From: Oligoflexales bacterium
Lineage (GTDB): Bacteria > Bdellovibrionota_B > Oligoflexia > Oligoflexales > Bog-1112
Assembly (NCBI GenBank): GCA_045105515.1
Contig: JBGCDR010000372.1
Location: 1 to 16,583 of the forward strand
DNA: 16,583 bases
Reading direction: 5' to 3'
Both the position numbers and the translations under genes were made by a program. Under the pieces are notes generated by a model. It did not search any database, was not told the DNA's origin, and was given only the letters and a program-made list of their open reading frames with translations. Positions within the stretch are counted from its first letter, which is position 1; each line of letters opens with the position of its first letter. Of this stretch, positions 1 through 9,794 are shown in pieces.

Positions 1-132
1 CTAAATCGTTGTCGGAGGCTGGTTCGCAACTATGAGAAGAACCCGCTACATCAGGAATCAATGAACTACATCGCAAATATTCGCCTTTGTTTGAAACGAG
101 TTCTTAAGTGTATGGCTGATGATTCAAGATAG
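1..132 (+). CDS. IS5-family DDE transposase, C-terminal 43 aa (partial)
   Basis: Manual translation LNRCRRLVRNYEKNPLHQESMNYIANIRLCLKRVLKCMADDSR* matches the (W)LxxxRRLxxxYE motif that follows the catalytic Glu of IS5-family transposases. The TAG stop (130-132) lies within the putative terminal repeat. Confidence 0.85.
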   Translation, partial: LNRCRRLVRNYEKNPLHQESMNYIANIRLCLKRVLKCMADDSR

Positions 133-136
133 CCTC
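1..136 (+). mobile_element. Right end of an IS5-family insertion sequence (IS1031-like group), truncated by the window edge
   Basis: Frame +1 encodes an IS5-type transposase C-terminus. The element appears to end ...TTCAAGATAGCCTC at 136 (reverse complement GAGGCTATCTTGAA, a GAG-starting end), followed by TTA (137-139), which fits a TWA target. The gluconolactonase-like frame on the minus strand loses similarity at this point. The left end and duplicate target are not visible. Confidence 0.8.
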
Positions 137-137
137 T

Positions 138-827
138 TAACATTCCTGTTTCTATGTCAACATCATATGCGTAAACACAGTTTTCTTTTGTATCAGTGAC
201 ATATAAAGCCCTACCGTCTACTGACAACGCCAAACCGTTAGGACGAACTTATTTTGCAAGCAGGGTTAACTTACCACGATCATACTGATAAACTCCAAAC
301 ACCTCACCCAGTCCACCCTCGCTTAAATCTGGTGCATCACCTATCCCATAGGGAGGATCAGTAAATAACAACCTTCCTCTGGAATCAACAATAGCATCAT
401 TTGGGCTGTTTAGAGATTTTCCTTGATAAGAAGAAATAGACTCGAAGATTTCAAATGTTTGAGGATCACGAATAGTCACCCTCCTGCCCGCATGCTCACA
501 GACTATCAGCTTGCCATTTTTATCATAACTAAGACCATTAGATTGATTACTTTGAATAAAACTAGTGGAGATCTGATTATTTTTTTCATCCCATTTATAA
601 ATTCTACTTTCTGGAATATCGCTAAATAGGAGATAATTACCAGGATGCCAAACTGGCCCTTCTACGAAATTAAATCCACTGCTAATTAGTACTGTATCGG
701 ATGCTATCAATTGCTGTAAGTCCTTGCTCATCAGCTTATTATCTATTATTGCAGACCTAGGTGTTGTGAAAGCGTGGCCTGAATTAGCAACAAAATAAAG
801 ACACATTAGTTGGACAATTATGCGCAT
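138..827 (-). pseudogene. Secreted SMP-30/gluconolactonase/LRE-family beta-propeller gene, disrupted by an in-frame TAA (249-251) and by the IS insertion at about 137
   Basis: Signal-peptide-like N-terminus (MRIIVQLMCLYFVANSGHA) and family motifs EGPVW, LLFSDIP, SNGL, LNSPND, FTDPPYG. After the TAA the same frame continues VRPNGLALSVDGRALYVTDTKENCVYAYDVDIETGML, the expected next blade, up to the IS end. AAAGG RBS upstream. Confidence 0.88.
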
Positions 828-952
828 ATGGAACCTTTCTAACTGGAAATTTATAGCTAGTTGGATTTATACCTTACGCCAGCTAATCATTCCATTAGAA
901 AAATCTGGTACTGGGATTTTTGATATAGATGCTTACTTAAAAAAGAAATTTT

Positions 953-3178
953 TCAGTTGTACTCTTTTGAAAAATATTCCATCATTTCCTCAATTTTAAA
1001 CGGTTTTTGCAACCAAGCGGCAACTTCTGCTTCTTTTATCCGTTCTTCATATGAATTTGTGATATCACCGGACATTATAATTTTAAGCGAATTTTTCGCA
1101 AGCATGGATTTTTTCATTTCTTCAAAAAGTACCATCCCATCCATTTCTGGCATTCTTAGGTCAGAAAGAATAATATCGAAGTCGTTCTCCTTGACTAGCT
1201 GCAAGCCTAGCTTACCTGATTTTGCAGTAAACACTTTGAAAGACCTTTGAGTCAACTCTTCATTTAAAATATTTAAAAAGGTAGGATCATCATCAATCAA
1301 TAGGATTTTTAGATGGCTTTTATCGGTTGGTGTATCCTTAATTCGAGTATTTATTAAATTTGCTTCTGAATCGTCATTTTCTTTTTCCATGCCAATAAAC
1401 TTACACTTAAAAGATGTCCCTGCCTCACTGGTTTCAAAGGATATGCTCCCATTGACATTTTTAATTAGTGAATAGCACATAGCCAGTCCAATACCAGTTC
1501 CCTTGTCAACATCTTTTGTAGTGAAAAAAGGTAAAAATATCTTATCTTGAACATTCTGAGGAATACCTGGTCCATTGTCAGTTACAGTCAAGACCACCAT
1601 CTCGCTTTCTGGTTGAACACTAATTCGAATGATTGGATCAGGGCGATTTAGCAGAACATCTTTGGCATTTGAAATCAAATTTAGAACAATTTGCTGAACA
1701 TGAGAACCAGGACACCGTACATAAAGATCTTCCTGAAGTGGCTTATACGTAATAGTAATGCCGTTATTCCTGTAAAGTTCTTTAACTACATCTAACGAAC
1801 GCTCAATTTCTTCATTGATATTTACAGTCTTGCGTTTATTTTTTTCTTGATCCCTAGAAAGATGTTTTAGACTTTTAACAATACTATTAATTCTATCCAC
1901 AGCCTCATCTACATATTCAAAATTCTTTTCTATTTTCTGGGTGTTTATGCCCAATGTATCTAACTGCTCCCTGATCTCATCAATTTTTAATAAAATGATA
2001 GCTAACGGAGTATTTATTTCATGCCCGATACCAGCAGATATTTCTCCAAGTGAAGCTAACCTTGCGGAACATTCTATAAGTTTTTTCTGATGATTTAGCT
2101 CCTTCTCCATTTCTTTTTCTTTGGTGATGTCCATAACAATCCCATTCCAAGTTACAGAACCATCCTTATTATTTCTCGGAACACTCGTTGCCTTGACAGT
2201 TTTGACTTCGTTCAAATTAGTTACAATTCTTCCTTCACACTCAAACATCTCATTTTTTATAGCTGAATCCAAAATTTTTTCTCGAACTAAATCACGGTCA
2301 CTTTCATGAACCATATTTAACATTAATGACGGATTTTTTTCGAAATCTTCATGCTTGATATCATAAAAATCAAAAGCTTTAGGACTAACGTAAGGAAAAG
2401 ATATTTTTCCATTATTATCGAGATGAATCTGATAGGCAATCCCAGGAGAATTATCCAATATATCATTGAGCTGTCCGGTTTTTTCTGCTAATTCCTCTGA
2501 CAACCTGACGTATCCATCTACATTCTGAAAGGTGCCGATTATTTGCACTACCTTTCCATTTTCATCTTTCACAGGTGACCCCGTAACTCTGACCCAAATT
2601 TCATTTTTTTTTGCTGTTATAAATTTCAAGATGTCATCGAAACAATGAGATTTTTTAATACAAAGATCTACATATTCAGTTATCTGGGCCCCATAATCTG
2701 GATGATAGAAATCAATTCCCATCCAAGTAAGTATTGGAGTACTTGGTGGTAATTCATGAATCTCATAGGTCTGTTCTGTCCAATAAGTAGACATGGTTTT
2801 CACGTCTAATACCCATCCACCGATTTTTCCAAGACTTTGGATTTTCTGGATTAAATGAAAATTATTTACTTCACTTGGATCTTCACCCACAATTATAGTT
2901 CTATCTTTACAGTGGAAAATCGAGCATTGCAAAAACAACAGGCCCTGTCCATGAAAAGAAATCATTTTATTTTTGATTTCTGAATTTCCAGCTAGAATAG
3001 CATCCATTTCAGCATGCAAAGGGCTATCTAATAGTTCATAAACTTTCCCATCATGAGATTTTTTTTCCCCATCCTTTGCAAGCTTACTCTTAAAATTATC
3101 ACTCATAAAATGGATGGAACCTTGAACATCTAAAATTAATAAATATAGATTAGTTTGATAGTTCCCGATATGACCCAT
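953..3178 (-). CDS. Cytoplasmic hybrid sensor histidine kinase (PAS/PAC x2, possibly a third degenerate PAS, HisKA, HATPase, REC)
   Basis: PAS/PAC motifs (GGWVLDVKT..YWTEQTYEIHEL, WVRVTGSPVKDENGKV, YVSPKAFDFY..VHESDR..WNGIVMDIT). H-box GIGHEINTPL, N-box VLNLISNAKD, DNGPGI, FFTTK, GTGIGL. REC motifs ILLIDDD, SDLRMPEMDG, LQKP. No TM segment evident. RBS GGGGGTG; 11 nt after the upstream stop. Confidence 0.93.
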   Translation of the reverse strand: MGHIGNYQTNLYLLILDVQGSIHFMSDNFKSKLAKDGEKKSHDGKVYELLDSPLHAEMDAILAGNSEIKNKMISFHGQGLLFLQCSIFHCKDRTIIVGEDPSEVNNFHLIQKIQSLGKIGGWVLDVKTMSTYWTEQTYEIHELPPSTPILTWMGIDFYHPDYGAQITEYVDLCIKKSHCFDDILKFITAKKNEIWVRVTGSPVKDENGKVVQIIGTFQNVDGYVRLSEELAEKTGQLNDILDNSPGIAYQIHLDNNGKISFPYVSPKAFDFYDIKHEDFEKNPSLMLNMVHESDRDLVREKILDSAIKNEMFECEGRIVTNLNEVKTVKATSVPRNNKDGSVTWNGIVMDITKEKEMEKELNHQKKLIECSARLASLGEISAGIGHEINTPLAIILLKIDEIREQLDTLGINTQKIEKNFEYVDEAVDRINSIVKSLKHLSRDQEKNKRKTVNINEEIERSLDVVKELYRNNGITITYKPLQEDLYVRCPGSHVQQIVLNLISNAKDVLLNRPDPIIRISVQPESEMVVLTVTDNGPGIPQNVQDKIFLPFFTTKDVDKGTGIGLAMCYSLIKNVNGSISFETSEAGTSFKCKFIGMEKENDDSEANLINTRIKDTPTDKSHLKILLIDDDPTFLNILNEELTQRSFKVFTAKSGKLGLQLVKENDFDIILSDLRMPEMDGMVLFEEMKKSMLAKNSLKIIMSGDITNSYEERIKEAEVAAWLQKPFKIEEMMEYFSKEYN

Positions 3179-3189
3179 TACACCCCCAA

Positions 3190-5433
3190 CTATTTATCAC
3201 TAATTATTTGGAGCATCTGATTTATTTCAATCAAATCTGCAATACAAACAGCTGCTCCTAAATCAATAGCAACTCTAGGCATTCCAAATACAGTTGAGCT
3301 CTTATAAGACTGAGCTACCGTATATGCTCCCTGTTCTTTTAAATTTAGAAGACCTTTTGCACCATCATCTCCCATACCTGTTAGTAAAACCGCCATAACA
3401 TTCAAATCTACAGCCACTTTCGCAGCGGACATAAATAGGTGATCAATGCATGGCCTATGTCCCTTATAAACTGGTCTTTGATCTAACCGAGCATAAAGAT
3501 TACCATTTTTGCTATTGACGAAGATATGTTTATCGGGTGCAGATAGATAAACCATATTAGGCTTTAAAATTTGCTTGTCAGTTACAGCTTCCACACTTAA
3601 ACCAGTATTTGCAGCTAAATTCGTACCAAAAGACTCTTGAAAGTCTTTTTGAATATGCTGGACAACTATAATGGGAGGAAAAGACTCACCAAGATTATTT
3701 AATACCTGGGCTACAGCTTGTGGACCTCCGGTACTCGCACCAACTATGACTAAACTAGGTTGAATAAGATTTTTTTTATCGAATTTCCTTAGAGCACCCA
3801 TATATTTTTCATAGGTAGCATCATTGATAGCGTTGACTAAGCTATGGGTATCAATAGGTTTATCAAGAACTCTAAAAACATGCTTTGTATATGCCAAATT
3901 CTTAGCTTCTGGGTCACCACTCATCAAAATTAGTGGTTCACCCCTGGAATACTTCCCAAGCTCCCAGTAGAGTTTTTCGCCAGTCATTCTAGGCATACTA
4001 TGATCCAAGAACACACAGTGAGCTGGATTATTCTTTAAAAATTCTAGCGCTTCTAATGGATCTGAGAAGGTTTTTATCTCAAAACCCCTGGCTTTAATAA
4101 TTTCGGAAAATATATTTAAAATTTCTTCTTCATCATCTATAAATACTACGGGTGTTTTAGGTGCATAGTAAAAAAGCTCATTGCTGTGAACAAAACTATT
4201 TATCCGTTCCTTAAATTTATCACGTTCATCAGTTAAGGATGACTTCATAAATAGATCTTGAGCTGCTTTTCCAAGCACACCAAGGACTTCATTCCTTTCA
4301 TTTTTCCCAGCACCTGTAATAATAATACAAGGAATTGAACATCCTGCCTTCCGCTTGGCCATTAACCACTGATCTCCACGTTCATCAGGTAGTTTCAAAT
4401 CTAGGATAATTAATTTAAATTCATAGTGTTCTAAGGCCTCACTTGCTTCTAAGGCAGTTGATGTTGACAAACAACTAAGGCCTTCTTCTCCTATAATAGC
4501 ATCTACTGTCGCTCTTATAGTCCTAGAATCGTCAACGATCAGAACATCTTTTTTTACTTTTGGAGTTTTAAGATCATTTTCATTTTTAGAGCTTTTCTTA
4601 TCATGTAGGCGAATACGCTTTCTGTAAAGAGAACCTGACGCTCTATTTAGACCATGAGAAAATTGGCTAATATCTTCACTATGACCTATATAGAGAAAAG
4701 CATTATCATCGGAGCGAGCAACAAACCCTCGAATTACCTGATCTATCTCTCTATCATTAAAATATATTAGCATATTTCTGCAAAAAATAATCTGATATAC
4801 TGTATCTGTTAGCTGTGAAAAGTTTACGGCACTCCCTACCTTAAAATTGCAACGGCTTCTTATATGAGATGAAACCGTCATAAGTCCTTCCGTTTCCCCA
4901 CTACCTAGCATAACAAAAGCATGATATTTTTCTGGAATTCGGCTTAGACTTGATTTTGAGTAAATGGCTTTTTTTGCCCTTTTAATTGAGACAGGATCAA
5001 TATCATAACCGTCAATATGATAATCAAATGCCGGAAACATATTTCTATAATGTTCCAAAACAAGTCCAATAGAGTAAACTTCTTCTCCACTTGAACAGCC
5101 CATACTCAGGACTTTGACAAGTCTTCTGTTTCTTCCCATTTTGGTCAATACTTGCTCTAAGCTGACGAAGTGCTTCGATTCGCGAAACCAATAAGTGGTA
5201 TGGATAGTAAGAGAAGAAACTAGATGACCAAATTCAACTGAATTTTTCTGAGCGAAATTAATGTAGTCTTTAAGATGTATGATGTTATTTGCATACATTC
5301 TCCTTTGGACATTATTTAAAAAAATATCAGGTTTATCAAGGGCAACTTTATTGGTTCCTGCAATACCCGATACAAGTTCAAATATTTCCTTTTTTTCTTT
5401 CTCGGTAAAATTCGATATTTGTAAACCGTTCAT
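3190..5433 (-). CDS. cheR/cheB: CheR methyltransferase - REC - REC - CheB methylesterase fusion protein
   Basis: aa ~1-275 CheR (LTIHTTYWFRE, SMGCSSGEEVYS, GYDID, IFCRNMLIYF, IGHSE). REC1 ~296-415 (VLIVDD, D345). REC2 ~428-541 (FIDD, D477, DKP). CheB catalytic domain ~560-745 (GASTGG S567, VQH H593, HRPCID, LTGMGDDG D690). Start overlaps the cheW stop (ATGA). Confidence 0.92.
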   Translation of the reverse strand: MNGLQISNFTEKEKKEIFELVSGIAGTNKVALDKPDIFLNNVQRRMYANNIIHLKDYINFAQKNSVEFGHLVSSLTIHTTYWFRESKHFVSLEQVLTKMGRNRRLVKVLSMGCSSGEEVYSIGLVLEHYRNMFPAFDYHIDGYDIDPVSIKRAKKAIYSKSSLSRIPEKYHAFVMLGSGETEGLMTVSSHIRSRCNFKVGSAVNFSQLTDTVYQIIFCRNMLIYFNDREIDQVIRGFVARSDDNAFLYIGHSEDISQFSHGLNRASGSLYRKRIRLHDKKSSKNENDLKTPKVKKDVLIVDDSRTIRATVDAIIGEEGLSCLSTSTALEASEALEHYEFKLIILDLKLPDERGDQWLMAKRKAGCSIPCIIITGAGKNERNEVLGVLGKAAQDLFMKSSLTDERDKFKERINSFVHSNELFYYAPKTPVVFIDDEEEILNIFSEIIKARGFEIKTFSDPLEALEFLKNNPAHCVFLDHSMPRMTGEKLYWELGKYSRGEPLILMSGDPEAKNLAYTKHVFRVLDKPIDTHSLVNAINDATYEKYMGALRKFDKKNLIQPSLVIVGASTGGPQAVAQVLNNLGESFPPIIVVQHIQKDFQESFGTNLAANTGLSVEAVTDKQILKPNMVYLSAPDKHIFVNSKNGNLYARLDQRPVYKGHRPCIDHLFMSAAKVAVDLNVMAVLLTGMGDDGAKGLLNLKEQGAYTVAQSYKSSTVFGMPRVAIDLGAAVCIADLIEINQMLQIISDK

Positions 5434-5978
5434 GAGGCCATAGACCTTTTTAAAGTGAGCATATCATCATCACATAAGATTTTTTTAATCTCTATAACTG
5501 AAATCAATTGTTCACTCATTTTTGCTACCCCTAGAAGATATTCATGGGCAACACGAGCTTTAATATGCGGCTCCGTATCAATCTGATTCGCACTTATATT
5601 CTTAACCCCTTTTATTGCATCCACTTTAATTCCTAGTAGGCCATGAGCAGTTTTGAATACAATTAATACAGGTTTACATTTACTATCCTGATCTTTTTCA
5701 AGCGATTGAATATTCAGCATACTTTGCAGATCAACAATGCCAACGACATCGCCTCTTACATTGGCAATGCCTAAAAAATACTCTGTCGTATTTGGAACTC
5801 TTTGATAATCAACCATTTCAATGACTTCTTTTGCTTCTAGCAATGGTGTAGCAAATACTACATCTACAACTGAAAAAACGAGATAACGAATATCTTCTAT
5901 TTCCCTAGAAGAATCCAACTCTGAAGGTTTTTGCAAACTATCTTCTTCTTCAAATAGAACAAAGCCTTGTTCAACCAT
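5430..5978 (-). CDS. cheW: Chemotaxis coupling protein CheW
   Basis: YLVFSV..FATPLLEAKEVI, RVPNT..FLGIANVRGDVVGIVDL and GIKVDAI motifs. Overlaps the cheA stop by 8 nt. Confidence 0.95.
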   Translation of the reverse strand: MVEQGFVLFEEEDSLQKPSELDSSREIEDIRYLVFSVVDVVFATPLLEAKEVIEMVDYQRVPNTTEYFLGIANVRGDVVGIVDLQSMLNIQSLEKDQDSKCKPVLIVFKTAHGLLGIKVDAIKGVKNISANQIDTEPHIKARVAHEYLLGVAKMSEQLISVIEIKKILCDDDMLTLKRSMAS

Positions 5979-7704
5979 TTGCTACCTTTCTAAACTGCTT
6001 GTGGAAATTCTGGGCTATTTCATTGATATTGAGCATTAAACCAGCATTTCCATCTGGTAGAATAGTCATTCCCGATACACCGATCATATTTTCAAATTTA
6101 CCCTGCAAGGGCTTAACAAAGAGTTTTTTCTTGCTTACCATTTGATTAAAACTCAAGGCTAGATAGGCACCATCAAAATAACTTAATATAGCAAGCCTCT
6201 GAAATTGATCTTCAGATTTCTTACTCAAAGGCCTACTAGCATAAAAGTCAGTTAGTCGATGCAGTGAAATAACCTTATCCTTCCATTCAATGCAATCCCT
6301 ACCACAATTATTTTTTTCGATTCTTATTTCATTAAGATTGAGAACTTCAGAGCAATCTCTTAGCGGGACTCCATAATTTGCTCCATTATCAGAGATAATT
6401 AAGGATTCAACTAAAGTGATATTGGTTGGAATTGTAATGATAAATGTAGTTCCCATTCCTTCTGAGGAATCAATATCTATTTTTCCACCAAGATCTTGAA
6501 CTGTTGTTTTAACTACATCCATTCCAACACCTCGACCAGATATCTCAGTCACCTCTTCTCGGGTTGAAAAACCTGGCTCTAGAATCAATCTGAGAATTTG
6601 ATCCCGGCTTATTTTTTGCTTGGGTTTTATCATCCCTTTAGCTAAAGCTTTCTTTTTAACAGCCTCTGTATGAATGCCGCTTCCATCATCAGAAATTGTT
6701 AAAACAATGGTACCAGCATCGTGCTGTGCATGGAGAATAATGGTTCCAGATTGGTCCTTCCCTAGTTTTAAACGCTTATCCGGACTTTCAATCCCATGAT
6801 CTACTCCGTTTCTTACCAAATGTACAAGAGGATCAGTTATTCTTTCCAAAATAGTTTTATCGATTTCCTCTTCTTGCCCGACTTTTATGATAGAGATTTT
6901 CTTACTACTGACCCTTGCTACATCACGACAAGCTCTTTCTAATTTTTGAAATAAGCTATCAATGGGTTGTAAACTAAGAGAAAGTCCTATCTCCTCAAGA
7001 GATTGGAGATATTTTAGCGAGCTTTGTAACGCTGTTTTTTCGATTTCAGAATGGTTTTTTCTCAAATTCTGTTGACCTTCAACAATTGAGAGATGAGCCG
7101 ACAGCTCGCCAATAATTTGCAATAGTTTATCGATACGATCTTTAGAAACCCTGATTGTTTGGTGTTTTTCCTTACGCTTGGTTGCTTTCTTTTGAATTGT
7201 AACAGATATATCAGCATCTTTTGATACTTTTTCATCGTCAGCAAAGAAATGGAGCGTCTGATTTTCTGATTGTTCGGGAGAAGTTTTTTCATGAGGTGTG
7301 GAACTTTTTTTGTCCTCGTAAAGATCTAGTTTGGCGGATGCTCCCAAAACTTTATTAATTTGCTGTTTAACTCTAGCAAGTCGCTTTTCATCACCGTTTT
7401 CATTGGCTAGCCAATCATTCAGTATATCATAGGCATCTATAAATATTTGGCAAACATCTGTATCAATCTGGATTCCCTGGTTAATACATCCTGTTATTAT
7501 ATCTTCTATTTGGTGAACAAAAGAACCAAAATCGTTGAGCCCAACTGCTTTTGATGAACCCTTTAGAGTATGAACAACTCTAAAAAATTCATCAATTGAA
7601 CCTAGATTACCTGACTCTAGTTCTAGGCAGATAGCTTCCCATTTTTCAAAAAGCTCATCGGCCTCAGCACGAAATATTTCTATTAGACTTGATTCCATGC
7701 TCAT
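5971..7704 (-). CDS. cheA: Chemotaxis histidine kinase CheA (P1-P3-P4-P5; no evident P2)
   Basis: Hpt FRVVHTLKGSS, dimerisation TIRVSKDRIDKLLQIIGEL, kinase LVHLVRNGVDHGIE / DDGSGI / GFST..EISGRGVGMDVV, and a C-terminal CheW-like domain. Only about 60 aa of low-complexity linker between P1 and P3. Confidence 0.96.
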   Translation of the reverse strand: MSMESSLIEIFRAEADELFEKWEAICLELESGNLGSIDEFFRVVHTLKGSSKAVGLNDFGSFVHQIEDIITGCINQGIQIDTDVCQIFIDAYDILNDWLANENGDEKRLARVKQQINKVLGASAKLDLYEDKKSSTPHEKTSPEQSENQTLHFFADDEKVSKDADISVTIQKKATKRKEKHQTIRVSKDRIDKLLQIIGELSAHLSIVEGQQNLRKNHSEIEKTALQSSLKYLQSLEEIGLSLSLQPIDSLFQKLERACRDVARVSSKKISIIKVGQEEEIDKTILERITDPLVHLVRNGVDHGIESPDKRLKLGKDQSGTIILHAQHDAGTIVLTISDDGSGIHTEAVKKKALAKGMIKPKQKISRDQILRLILEPGFSTREEVTEISGRGVGMDVVKTTVQDLGGKIDIDSSEGMGTTFIITIPTNITLVESLIISDNGANYGVPLRDCSEVLNLNEIRIEKNNCGRDCIEWKDKVISLHRLTDFYASRPLSKKSEDQFQRLAILSYFDGAYLALSFNQMVSKKKLFVKPLQGKFENMIGVSGMTILPDGNAGLMLNINEIAQNFHKQFRKVANG

Positions 7705-7716
7705 AAGATTTTCCCC

Positions 7717-9729
7717 CTAGGAAGCTGGACGAAAAGACTCATGATCTGCAAGATTTTCGCTGTCGTCATTATCAGTAGCACTGCTTGCTACTGCTTCCAG
7801 ACTTACTGCAATATTAGGTTTTTTTGGTCTCTGTATTCCAGAACCACCATTTTTTTTAGAATTTTCATTAGATTCTTCTTTGTCTGACATTTTGTCATTA
7901 CCAAATAATACGTTAAGAAGCTCTCTAGTTACGATTTGTAAACCTCTGCTATCATGTTTTAGGCCAGAAGATTGTTTTTCAACCAAGTAAGCTTCAGAAG
8001 TATTTACATGGGTAGCTTTGTCTATTTGAGCAACAGCACTTGTAACTTGTTCAATTCCAAAGCTTTGCTCTTCGCAAGCCTGGGCCATATCATCAGAAAG
8101 CTGCTTTATTTGTTTAACTTGATCACTAATTTCTGAGAAAACAGCCTTGACCGAATCTACGGTGCTACTACCGCGATTAACTCGACGACTAACCTCTTTT
8201 GTAATTGCATTCACCTTGTCTTCACTTTCATCTAAGAGCAAAGATATCTTTTCTGAAGCATCTCCAGACAATTGTGCCAATTTACTGACTTCATCTGCGA
8301 CAACTGCGAAACCTTTTCCTTGGGAACCTGCTTTAGCAGCTTCAATCGAAGCATTAACAGCAAGTAGCTGAGTTTTAAATACAATATCGTTTATTACTTT
8401 TGTTTGCTTTGAAATAGATCTGATCACTTTATTAACTTCACTCAGCTGCTCATTGGAACGCGACAAAGCTTCCATGGAAACCACCATTTCTCCAACTGTG
8501 TCTGACGCCTTGCCAACTCGCATGCCAATTTCCTCAGACGCAAGCTTTGTTTCTCGGGACTTGTCACTGGTACGGGACACCATAGAATTCATCTCTGACA
8601 TTGAGCTAACCGTTTCCTGTAAAGCAGCTGCAGTTTCTTGTGATACTGAGGCTAGGCTTTGGCTAGTTGCAAAAAGTTTAGAAGAGGTATCAGCTACATT
8701 GTTTGTTGACTGATCCATTTCGCTGGTTAGTTTACCTAACTGCATTCTTAGATGCCTCAATGCGAGGATCAAGCTAGATAAAATCACAAAGAGATTTGCC
8801 AACATTCCTAACAAATTTAGGATCAAATCATCAACAACTCCACTTTTTTCTGATGAGGTTTCAGCTACGATTGCCTCAAGCTCGATATTTATTAGACTTT
8901 TAATATCTTCTTTGACACGGCCCATGACAGAGTTAAACGAGGTTTCTGTTACACCGTATCCACCCTCATTGGCCAAAGTAATAACAGTCTTAAATATTTG
9001 ACCGACATTCTTCCAATGGGGCTGATCCCAGCTTTCCTTTATAAGCTTGCTTGCTTCAGGCGACAAATCTAAGGCTTCAGAATTTAAATTACTATTGACG
9101 CCAGCTCTAAATCTTAGGATATTCTGAAATCTAGCTTCGTCGATTGGAAGATCTTCTGACAATATTTTAGATAAGTTAACACTTAGTAAATCTGCATTCT
9201 CCCGAGCTGACTCTAAAACTAAAAAGCTCCTAATTTTAGACCCAATTGCTGCTGATGCATAACTTGCAGTAGATTTTTCAAGATTAATCAAAGATTTTAT
9301 AAGACGATTGTAACGCAAAATATCAGCGGTGGAATCTTTGCGATCAAGCGCTTTTCTCAATACCGCAATATTATTTAGTTGTATGGATACATCTTCAGCA
9401 GCTATTTTGACTGGGTAACTATCAAGAAAAGCTTGAAGTTTTTCAATGCTTGCATCAGTATCTTCATTTTGTGAATTAATCACTTCTAGTTTTTGTCCCG
9501 AAACATAATTACTGTTCAAACTCCGTTCCTTTTGTAGATCTTCAATGACCTTAGACATATGTAATATCCCGTCATTATTCGCTTCCATCACATTTGCAGT
9601 TTCATATTCCGACCAATAATTTTTAATTTCTACAACAGAAACAATCGCATATGAAAAGCAGGGGATAGCTACTATCAAGAGCATTCGTTTTACAATGGGT
9701 AAATCTTTAAATCGCTTTAGCAAATCCAA
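7717..9729 (-). CDS. Methyl-accepting chemotaxis protein with a NIT-like periplasmic sensor domain
   Basis: TTG start with AAGGGG RBS. TM1 at aa ~16-35, TM2 at ~302-324. Periplasmic LQKERS motif. Signalling tip [34 protein letters not shown]. Methylation-type sites [10 protein letters not shown] and [10 protein letters not shown]. Confidence 0.95.
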   Translation of the reverse strand: MDLLKRFKDLPIVKRMLLIVAIPCFSYAIVSVVEIKNYWSEYETANVMEANNDGILHMSKVIEDLQKERSLNSNYVSGQKLEVINSQNEDTDASIEKLQAFLDSYPVKIAAEDVSIQLNNIAVLRKALDRKDSTADILRYNRLIKSLINLEKSTASYASAAIGSKIRSFLVLESARENADLLSVNLSKILSEDLPIDEARFQNILRFRAGVNSNLNSEALDLSPEASKLIKESWDQPHWKNVGQIFKTVITLANEGGYGVTETSFNSVMGRVKEDIKSLINIELEAIVAETSSEKSGVVDDLILNLLGMLANLFVILSSLILALRHLRMQLGKLTSEMDQSTNNVADTSSKLFATSQSLASVSQETAAALQETVSSMSEMNSMVSRTSDKSRETKLASEEIGMRVGKASDTVGEMVVSMEALSRSNEQLSEVNKVIRSISKQTKVINDIVFKTQLLAVNASIEAAKAGSQGKGFAVVADEVSKLAQLSGDASEKISLLLDESEDKVNAITKEVSRRVNRGSSTVDSVKAVFSEISDQVKQIKQLSDDMAQACEEQSFGIEQVTSAVAQIDKATHVNTSEAYLVEKQSSGLKHDSRGLQIVTRELLNVLFGNDKMSDKEESNENSKKNGGSGIQRPKKPNIAVSLEAVASSATDNDDSENLADHESFRPAS

Positions 9730-9794
9730 AGTTGTTTCCCCTTTCTACAAAGTGCAGAGATCAATTCGCTAGTCTGACGAATTTCGCATTCAAG

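Noticed and set aside
899..922. Inverted repeat AAAAATC...GATTTTT after the hybrid kinase as a terminator
   Set aside because: The stem is almost entirely A-T and too weak to call an intrinsic terminator.
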